From assembly GCA_036172245.1 (NCBI GenBank), contig JAYWIR010000007.1:744001-808000 (forward strand): DNA of 64,000 bases, read 5' to 3'. A program made the translations under genes and the position numbers. How positions within the stretch are numbered: position 1 is the stretch's first letter; every line of letters begins with the position of its first letter. Shown here piece by piece: positions 12,500-22,499 of this stretch. Below the pieces are notes generated by a model. The model was not told the DNA's origin. It did no database searches and worked only from the letters and a program-made list of their open reading frames with translations. The DNA comes from Raillietiella orientalis. Its lineage: Eukaryota.

Positions 12500-14750
12500 C
12501 ATAGGAGTGAAGTCGTTGCCAACTTTTCTCGCTGTAGTAAGACATTCTGGCACCAACGAGTGCACAGCGAAGGAATCTGAGGCGCACCATCTTTCTGAGA
12601 GTGATGAACAAGGAATGGTTCGTGAACCGGTGGCGCTGACTCCTCCATGGTCCTCCGTCTCTGTGGTTTTCCACGGAGATCGTCCGCAGAGAAACGCTAA
12701 GACCCATGCAAACGGATGATGGTGATTCGCTCCGATCAGCGAGTTCCGGGAAGGATTCCTCTGGTGCTTCTCCCGAGAGGCGACATCTCCGCTGCCCAAG
12801 GGAGGGAGCGAGGGTTCGCAACGAGATCTCTGGTCCCTCACGAAGGTTTCGGAGAGAAAAAGAAATCAAGAAATCAAGGGTTTTCAAAAACCCTTGATTC
12901 CTTTTTTCTTCCTGCTTAGTGGGTCTCCACTTTGAGCTGGATACCTTCGCCGTGAGATGAAGATGAAACCCGAAGTTTCCGCCACAATTTTCCACACCTG
13001 TTCGGGCATCTGGTTGTAAGAAAAACGGTGCATCCGTGGTTGCCGTAGGCACCATAAACTGCAAGTCTCCGGGGACTTGGCAGTTACTGAACCATACCCA
13101 GAAGCTGTTCGCATAAAACCTTCCAGGAGGACGCCAGACCTACAGGATTCCATTGGAGCCGTGATCCGAGATCTGCACCGACAGTGGCGGCTTTAGACAA
13201 ATCCACACTCCAAACCTTTCTCTGCATGCCGTCGCAGCCTCCTTCCTGCTCAACTGAACCGAAAGATCCTTCCTTCCGACGAAACGCCGGAAGGCAGGGG
13301 AGCGGCTCCATCCCAGTACTTTGATGCGGGTCCTCGGCTCGGCTCCGATTGACGACTCTAATGATTTGCCGCCATCCTGCCGTCCTTGGCGACCAATACC
13401 TTGCATACTGCCTGCTGCGTCGTATCGGGCGCCGTGGCTGACGTTTGTCACCGAGCCTCTTTCTCTTGCCAAAATTTGCCGTTAGACTCCCGTGGATTTG
13501 GACAGCCCGAGCTTCAGCATTGGAGCTAGCCGGACTTCCATCCATTAAAAGTTTGAGAATAGGTCGGAACTCGAATCGTCCTTTTTACCGGATGTGGCTC
13601 TTCTTCTCCCTTCCTGTTTGACAAGCGATAGCTATCCTGAGTGAAACTTCGGAGGGAACCCGATACCGGATGCTTCTATTATTCGAGGAAATCACAACAT
13701 GGGAACATCAGATGGAGGCATCATCTGAGCGGGGAGTTCCGTCGGTTGATTGGAGAAGTCCCGATGTTTCGGAAATCGATCGAAGCTGGAAGGACATTTT
13801 GACATTTTGTAGCTTCGAATAAAGGCTTTCTCTCTGTCCAGTTCCTGCTCCTGCAACCAGGACTTTCCCGATGGCTGAATAGTGCTTGAGAGACGGAATC
13901 CAGCGGGGAATGATGTCGATGGGTTGACCTCTTGTCCCGAGAGGCTGCAGAGTGTCCAGATCGCCAAACCAATAGTAAACACTTCAGCAATGGATAACAA
14001 GAATCAGCAGGCATCGATCGGCCGTTCAATCAACTGGCCACTCGAATCGAACCACTGAAGAGGCACGAATTAATGCCCCTGAAATTTATTTGGTCCTTCA
14101 ATTACAGAGATGGCAATTGCAAGAGATTTCGGTTCCATGGAAGTTTAGACTGTTTCGTTGCGTGCCTAATAGAATGCAAATGCAGCAGCAACCCGAACAG
14201 ATGTTGACGATCGAACGTTGCAGTTTTTTCAAGACAAGGAAAGAGGACAGGGTTCCTCTAAGGATTCAGCAAGGGAGTTACGAAGATTGGACAGCCAGGC
14301 TAACAGCTCTTTGTATCATTGGGAAAATGCACAGCGTTTCAAGCATCAACCCAAACTTCTAGACTAATTAAATCATCCCTTCAATACACATTCAAGTAAA
14401 ATATACAACTAGCGCCTTTATGAAGTCTTGAGAGCATATTTTGAACTCATTATTCTGCTCTCTGAGTCCAAACGCTACTTCAAGCTTGTCTTCTCCGATC
14501 CTCAGACACACTGTGCCCTGGAGAAGCAGCTACTGATAATTCCTGACTCGGATGACACTTGGATATGCCCTTGTACTATTTCCATAAATGGAGCATCCCC
14601 AGCTATATCTATAGCTGGGGATCTACTAAGTTCTACTAGGTAACTATCTAAACCTAGTTCTACTAGGTTTAGATAGTTACTAACGCTATGGACAGTAAAG
14701 TGTTTATCAGTCGTGCACTGTTGGTGAAACACCCAACTCACTAAGATCCT
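12500..14750 (-). mobile_element. Highly decayed LINE ORF2 remnant
   Basis: The minus strand near 14290-14313 (caaagagctgttagcctggctgtcca) resembles RGVRQGCP. Downstream SWLQEQELDREKAFIRS resembles the post-RT region. Boundaries are poorly defined. Confidence 0.35.
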
Positions 14751-17030
14751 ACTGTTAAATGTTCAGACTTTTAATGTATTAATTCAGTAACCATAAGCAC
14801 TATCATTCTATGGGAACTCTCGCATACCTACACCGGTTTAAAAAATTCGCGCAACGTTCCTAATCATCCCAAAATCTACTGGGAAAGATGAAATCACAGC
14901 AGCAGAATCAACACCGGATGTTATTAGGAATAAGTATTGGGCATAATCCATGCATAAGCATTATTTTCACTATGTATATATGTGAGCATAATTCACCAAC
15001 CCGCTATATGTATGCATATTTCATTATGCAATGTTTTTTTAATAGAATGTACAGTGTCATATGGACAGAGTCCTCAGGGTTTATTTGTTTCTTTTCTAGA
15101 TGTTGTGAGTCACAAAGTCAGATCTTAAAAAAAAAAAAAAAAAAAGAAAGAAAGAAAGAAAGAAAAACAAAAACAGGATCAAAAGCAAAAACAGCAAGAA
15201 ATTGCTGTTTTTGCTTTTGACAAGATCCTATAAAAAGTTTCTCTTTCTTTATGCGATCTAGTAGCTTGTTCTCCGTAGTGAATTATTTCAGTAGCCCATA
15301 TCCTCTGACTCCTACAAGAAAGAAAGCGGAAACAAGTTTTGAATAGTGATTCATATCTTTTAGTATGTATATACTCATTAGGTAGCTATTAATCGATAAT
15401 GTTCCATAAACATTGACACATTTATGATTTTCATTTTCTCAGAAACGCTGGAACCCACCGTTACTAGTTCCCCCTCTCTCAAACATATTTTTCATAATGT
15501 TTTGCAATCCCTTATAAAGAAGAAAAAAAATGAATGCATCGAAGTAACACTGAGTCCCAAGTAACACAGTATTAATAATTTGGGGTCATTACCACAGTCA
15601 GTATCGATTCACAAAAGCTCTTGCTTCTTTTTTGTATTTTTTTTTTAACTTTTATTTGTGTTTTTCAGTGTGTTTTAATCATGTACGCGTCAGAGTATTC
15701 ATAATCCAGCATTTTTTGTTGCTGCATTTTATATTCTCAGATTCCATTAAACGCTTGACTTTTCAAGATAACATCCTGGAATAGATGTTTTTTTAAAAAA
15801 AAATATATATTCATCCTAGTAATTTGAACCACTAAATTCGAAAAATATGATTAAATAAAAAAGTTGCTCTCGTTTTCACTTGGAAGTTTTATTTTAAAGT
15901 TTCTCGGAATCATGAAGTCAGCCTTCAGAATGGTTTTGAAATTATTCTTGAAGAAATAGCATTCCAATATATTCTCCGTTTTTTTTTCTTTCTCTATTAT
16001 TTATTTTTTGAAGAATCCATGTTTATCGGTGTTGTTATGCTTAGTATATAAAGCCAAGCCTAGCCTTCATTTGTATAAACATGGATCCTATTTATACAGA
16101 TGAATTTACGAATCCAGAGTTTAAGAATCCTAAAAAGCACATGGCAGCATGCAGGGATGAAATTGCTTTCTACTCGATATCCTTGAGGGAAAGGGTATGG
16201 GAAAAAATGAGAATATTGCGCTCAGAAATTGGAGACGACCAGAAAGCACAAAATAATAAGTGGATATTTGTGCCTTGCTCTATCGAGTTTCAAAAACACT
16301 ATCACTGTTATCAAAGACGCCTTGGGGCTTTTTTCTGGTGTATTCAGACGAAGCCCTTCGTGTCAACGCCGTCACCTCGTGTACAAAAGTTCGCTTTGCA
16401 TGGAACGACTCGATTCATCAATGAACACGACACCCGACACAAAGGAAGCAGCCGAGCAGGCATGATTTTAACATGCCAAATGTTGAAAAGTGATTTTGTA
16501 GTATTTTGTTTTATTTTATATTTGTTGCCTTGTTATTTCCAGAGTCGTAAAAACATGTATGTGGAACTAGATATTTCCATGACACGAAATTATTATATGG
16601 CTTTTACGAAAAAAAAACATATGTACATACAAAAGTGATATCCAAAATCAGCAGGTTTTGTGTAACAGGTGTACATTCATTAATACACTGATAAAACTTC
16701 CCTAAAACTGTTCAAATATCCAGAAACTCGTGGCTTGCCGCACCCCGTAGTTTACATCACATGAAGGGTAAAGCTTCGTGAAATCATGGCGACAAAGATT
16801 TTCGTCCCGTACACATTATCCGACATGTGTTAAAGCATTTGCTGTTTCATCAGATCCCAAGTGAATAAAGTTGATTTATTTAATCCTAACCCGGTATTTG
16901 GCCTACAAACCTATGCTGGTATTCATATGCTCTTGAGAGAGATCAACAAGGTCGTCCGTTTAACGGTGAAAGGCCTGCATTTGCCAATTCGGGTGTACAC
17001 ATGGAATGAATGGCAGGTGCTTTCTAAAAA

Positions 17031-20000
17031 ATGACCATAATTAAATGGCACAGAAATTTTTTAATCCGTATTACGTATCTCCGTAATAAATGCAGAAGAT
17101 TCTACGCTGCTACCCATAAGATTGAACAACCTGCAGAAACTTCCAATGCTGATAAGGACATTAAACCATTTTACAAAGTTGTAATTTGTGGTGGAGGATT
17201 AGTGGGATCATCAGTAGCATATCATCTAGCCCAGCATAACTGGTCCGAACACGTTCTTCTCATAGAAAAAGGAAGGTAATTCGACAATTTAAGCATGCAA
17301 AAACATTTAATTGTTTTTTCACCATGTATTCATTGAAATATTTTGTGCGTTCTTACCAAATTTCAGTTTAATCTTTAATTTCTTCAAGATATAGTTCAGA
17401 AATGATCTGCATGATACTGTTAAGTGGTTTTTGTAACATTCCAATATTGCTAGTGTTGGAAAGTTCCCACCCTGGCTGTCATCAAGAACTGTGTTGTCAT
17501 ATCATCGAAGTGATATCGAAACGGAATTGGCGAAGTATAGCATTAAGCTGTATACAGATCTGACCAATTCTGGATGGGATACCCGATGGAAACAAACTGG
17601 CACTCTGATGTTGGCAAGAACAGCAGATAGAATGCTTCACTTCAAGCGTCTAAAATCATCATCATTGCAAGTATTTTGAATCTTTCCTAAACTAATCAAG
17701 GCTTAAGAATTCTAGGCATAGATTGCCACCTGTTGAATCCTAAGGAAATAGGAGATAAATGCTCTATCTTGCAAACAGATGATTTGTTAGGTGGTTTGTG
17801 GGTTCCAAGTGGAGGAGTAGGTTCAGTTTCTCATTTAAATCTTTCATTGTTTCAAAAAGCAAAGACTGCAGGTTAGTCAGTGCATACAATACCAAAAGAA
17901 AAACAAATTCCAGGTGTCACATGCTTGGAGGGTTGTAAAGTTAATTCTGTGATACACCAGCCAGATGGATTATTTTGTGTGCACCTGGATAACCACACAG
18001 TACTCTGTCAGAATTTTGTAAATGCCTCAGGGTTATGGTGCAGAGAATTAGGTAGAGTTACTGAGCCCTTGGTTCGAATACCTCAATATGCCTGTGAACA
18101 GCATTATGTACATACCAAAGAAATTTCTGGTTTGGATAAAAATATGCCAGGTTCTCTTTCATTTTCACTGATTCTCCTTGCTTATTAACAATGCAGTCAT
18201 TATTGATCTTGATGGTCAGGTTTTCTTACATGAATATGATGGACAAATTATAGCTGGTGGCTGTGAACCACGAGTAAGGCCAGCCTATGACAAGCAGATG
18301 CTTCCAAGTACAAACTGAGTAAATCAAATAAGATGCTTATTTCTGTGAGTTGTAGATACCTTAGAACAAATGGCAACAGATCCAAACTGGGACAGTTTCT
18401 TTGTTCCCCTAAGAGAATTGTTGCATAGAGTTCCTTTTCTTGGAAATGTGCCTTTGAAGAAACTATACAATGTTCCTGAATTATATAGTCCTGATGGTTT
18501 GTGGATTGTAGGGGAAGTGCCAGAAGTATGTATGTCTGATTGAGGATGATGATTCTTGATTTCAGATTCCCAGGTACTTTGTGGCAGCTGGGATGTGTTC
18601 CCAAGGATTAGCAGCTGCAGGAGGTGTAGGCAAAATATTAGCTGAATGGATCATGCATGATGGGTACCCATGTGCTCTGCATCCAATAGATATTCGGCGT
18701 TTTCCAAGAATCTGTAACAATCGTGACTTTCTGCGAAGTCGAGTTCAAGAGATCCCCTCCTTTTTGTTTAGCATCCCATATCCTAATTTCAATATGTTTG
18801 AATTCCATACTGCACGCATGGCTCGAACTTCTCCTCTTTTTCTAAAACTCAAGGCTGCTGGAGCTCGTTTTTGTCAGGCCATGGGATATGAGCGCCCTGC
18901 TTGGTTTCAACCTGGTAAGGAAAAAAATATAACTAAATCAATACAGACTTTCAGAATGTGATAGTGATGACGCCTCTTGCCATTTAGCACAAACTGGTAC
19001 ATTTGGTAAGCCTGCATGGTTGCCATTTGTTCAGAAAGAATATCTGGCATGCAGGGAAGGAGTGGCTCTGAGTGACTTCTCCTATTTCACAAAGATTGAT
19101 TTATGGGTATGTGAGGGCACTTTTGTAATCATTTTGTTTGATGGACTGCATAGTCACATGGCTTGGAAGTGGTGAACTTTCTCCAGGGACTCTGTTCCAA
19201 TGATGTGGATATTCCTGTTCATCATATTGTGCATACAGGTATTCATAATAAACTAGGAGGCTACGAGAACGATTGTAGCTTAGTTAGACTAGCAGAAAAT
19301 CGGTAAGTGTTGCAGTGTCTTTATTAGTGTCTTTATTTAAGAATCAGATTTATGCTAATTGCACCATCTATTCAACACACTCGATGCCTTGCATGGTTGC
19401 ATCACCATTTACCAAACGACCACAGCGTGCATGTGTCAGATGTTACTTCCATGTACACAGCCATGTGTTTGCTTGGTCCTAAAGCCAAGCAAGTCCTGTC
19501 TCAAATCACAGATGAAGTGCTTGACACTCAAGAGTTTCCATTTTTCACCATGAAAGTAAAATCAGTGGAGCACAGTTACAGCTTAATTGAATTGTTTTCA
19601 GCTCTTAGATGTTGGCTTAGTTAGTAATATCCGCACCATGAATTTGACTCACACAGGAGAGTTAGGATGGGTCTTGTATGTCCCAAATGAGGTTGGAAAG
19701 AAATTAGCTCTCATCTAAGGTCTCCAGTTTGCATAGTTTGCCTTGCATATCTATTTGGAATTGATTCAAGCTGGGAAACCTTATGGATTGCAGCATGCTG
19801 GCTATTATGCTATACGCACATTGCGTATTGAGAGGTTTTTTGCTTACTGGGGCTTGGACTTGGATACTATGACAACTCCCCTGGAGTGTGGAAGGGCATT
19901 TCGTGTGAAGTTCGATGTAGGATACTCTACTCAGTGCTGCTTTATTCCATTTCATGATCACAGAAAGGACCTTTTCTTGGGAGTGAAGCATTACTTCATC

Positions 20001-20411
20001 AGAAAGAGCAGGGTGTGTACAAGCATTATGTGCAGATTGTGCTCGAAGAACATGACATGCATACTGATCCTTGGCCTTGTGGTGGAGAACCTATCTATCG
20101 CGATGGAATCTGCTGTGGTCGTATTACCACTTCTTGCTATGGTTTTACAATGGAAAAACAGGTATCAGAACTTTTGCAATTGTATCATGAAATATGAGAT
20201 CAAATATTCTTAGGTTTGCCTTGGTTTTGTACAAAACTACAAATCCGATGGAAGCCTAGATCTTGTTACTCCTGATTATTTAAACTCTGGAACGTATGAG
20301 GTGGAAATCTGTGGTCGTAGGTTTTTCGGACACACCAGCATAAGATCTCCGAAATTACCAAGCAAAGAGACTCAGAAGGAAGCAGGACGCTACGTACCAA
20401 CTCAGGGTTAA
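17031..20411 (+). CDS. PDPR: Pyruvate dehydrogenase phosphatase regulatory subunit-like protein (GcvT / sarcosine-dimethylglycine dehydrogenase family), 887 aa, 14 exons
   Basis: Exons: 17031-17275, 17454-17666, 17708-17871, 17914-18150, 18197-18307, 18356-18525, 18566-18914, 18955-19106, 19154-19302, 19348-19555, 19602-19691, 19737-19916, 19964-20161, 20214-20411. They total 2664 nt and all phases are consistent. Motifs: basic mitochondrial-like leader, VVICGGGLVGSSVAYHLA (FAD Rossmann), GYERPAWF, TFGKPAW, CSNDVD, GGYENDCS, THTGELGW, AGYYAIRTLRIERFFAYWG, PWPCGGEPIYRDG. It lacks the TTWHAAG covalent-flavin motif of SARDH/DMGDH. Confidence 0.9.
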
Positions 20412-20795
20412 TGTACATTTTCTTTGCATGTTAAACTAAATATGTGTGTGGAACCTGCTACATCAAGGCAAAAAGCTAAAGCAAAATACGAAAATACAGT
20501 TTTTTGTCAGCATTGCTGTTGGCCATATAGTGATTCGGATTTCAGATTCTGCCGATCTGTAAGACTCTCCATATTTCTTTCTGCCCGGAACTCTCTCATT
20601 ATCCTTTTCCAAAGAAAAGCTGAAATACATATGGTATGGAAATACATGAAAATCTTCGTTGATGAATCAAATCTTAATACATGTCTCAAATTCCGTTGCA
20701 CAGAACAAGCATCGCATGATGTGGACTTTTTTCAACTTGCGGAGTTTCCTGCAAATTTAATTTAAATTTGATTAATTTATGAAAAGTTGTTTTCA

Positions 20796-20801
20796 AATAA
20801 A
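20796..20801 (+). promoter_or_regulatory. Candidate polyadenylation signal of the PDPR-like gene
   Basis: AATAAA about 385 nt after the stop codon. Confidence 0.35.
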
Positions 20802-21159
20802 ACTGGAAGCTCATTAAATCTCAAAGCCTTTGAAACTTGTGGCTCGATGTACTTTGAGACTGACAGTCACTGAGCCTACTAATTAATTAAATTGGAATTT
20901 CGACGTCTTTTGGAGTTCGTGCTTGTCTGATGACGGAATCGCTGTGAATGTGTAATTAACGGTTAAATTTCCGATTTTTTAAAGCCCTTCTGAACGCAGC
21001 CTAGCAACCAACCATGTGCACACGCATTGCACATGAGCCCATTTTTTCATGAGATTGTACACCCCCCTTCTCTGTCCACCGGCTGTTTCTCGCAATGTCT
21101 TAATTTCGACTTCAGAAATTGTGGGCATATTCCCAAGGTTTGAAAGAAATATCTGAAAG

Positions 21160-21750
21160 TTGGCATTTCCTTATCCTCAAAAAAGGAATTCTGCTCTCAG
21201 ATGCTTCTTTACCAGCGGCTCTCCACTGCTGGGTGTGATCGTGGGCGATTCACAAAGTGAGCCTTTACCTTTGCCTTCAGTCCCGAATCGTAAATCGCTT
21301 CCCGATTCATCCAGAACCTTCAGGCGGTATTCTTTCAAGGTTGGCATCTATAGTAACGCTTAACAGAGTAACCACCGCAGAAAACCTATCTCCATCCAAC
21401 ACTGCCGATAACGCACCATCAAATCGTATTCCTCCTCTTCTACGGTGTGGTTATTCCCACTGTTGATTTCGATAACAAACAGCTCCCTCCTTGTGGTCGG
21501 AGCCTTGTGGCACAGTGGCTCCGACGACTTCCGAACTCTCCTGAGTTCTCATCGTTTCGCGATGGGGATCGAAGCGGGTAAACAACCTACCAGCATCCGT
21601 CCCCTCTCCAGACGCCGAAGTCTCCCTGTGGCAGTTTACGTCCTTACGTTCGGCCACGCTGGTCACCTCACTTCGAAGTGCACAACTTGGACCTCCACGT
21701 GCTTTCTGGCTTCGTTTCTACCGGGTACGGTGTTTCAAGAGGGTCGATGC
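21160..21750 (+). mobile_element. Possible decayed non-LTR retrotransposon (post-RT region, CR1/Jockey/I-like)
   Basis: Weak motifs only: LLGVIVGD (cf. YLGVxxD), GALWHSG and IRPLSRRR, in the expected order. Confidence 0.25.
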
Positions 21751-22499
21751 ATTTCCTGGAACTGAAGATGCGAGAAGAGAAACTTTATCCTTCGGAGCGA
21801 ATGCCAAATAGAATCGAGGAGCTGCATGCACTCTCTAACGTTGAGGCGTCCGCTTCAGAATTCCACGTTCAGCCATTTACTACAATTTGTTACATCAAGC
21901 ACGCTGATGTAACACAATCTAATACAATGAGAAGCGCTGCATTTGAGGTATTTGAACTTCATCCCTGCGTGGGCTCGTCGCAGCTCATCTCCGTAGTCGC
22001 GAGCAGTCGGCAGAATGACGATTTGACACATGTGTGTACATTTGTGGATCCCTGCATAATACCCGTACGTTATTACGTGCTCCAGGGTCGGTCTTTCAAT
22101 AAAGTCCCTAGGCACAGCCCGCATCAATTCGGGTGTCATGAAAAATTATTTTGTCGATGATCATTTCAAAAAACTACGAATCACCGCGTCAGCGAGAGGG
22201 TACGTCGAACGAGTAGCGTGAAAGTGACGCTGTGCTTCCTCCTCGTATTTGGCAACCTATGAAAAGAGGAGTACCTATTAAGCTGATTTATAAACGTGGA
22301 GGACTCGAAATACTTCCGAATGAAAGCCTTAATTGCTCGAAATAAAAGATCCCTGGAGTTTGGGGATTGCAGAGTTCAACTCGGTCGAGACAGGCCATGC
22401 AGTACCAGGAATGCGACTGGGCAGACTGCAGGAACGCGGCTGCTGCTTACGAAAAATTGGCTGAATCCGATATTCAGATCTTGAATGTCGCGGCAGAAA

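Noticed and set aside
12461..12520. Hammerhead ribozyme starting at CTGATGA
   Set aside because: There is no properly placed GAAA after a stem II, and the CTGATGA is part of the LINE 3' end motif.
13692..14000. Secreted protein with signal peptide
   Set aside because: The ORF starts at TTG, has no supporting exon structure, and lies in a probable decayed LINE.
17031..20411. Sarcosine or dimethylglycine dehydrogenase call
   Set aside because: The covalent-FAD histidine motif is missing, and RIERFFAYWG and PWPCGGEPIYR fit PDPR better.
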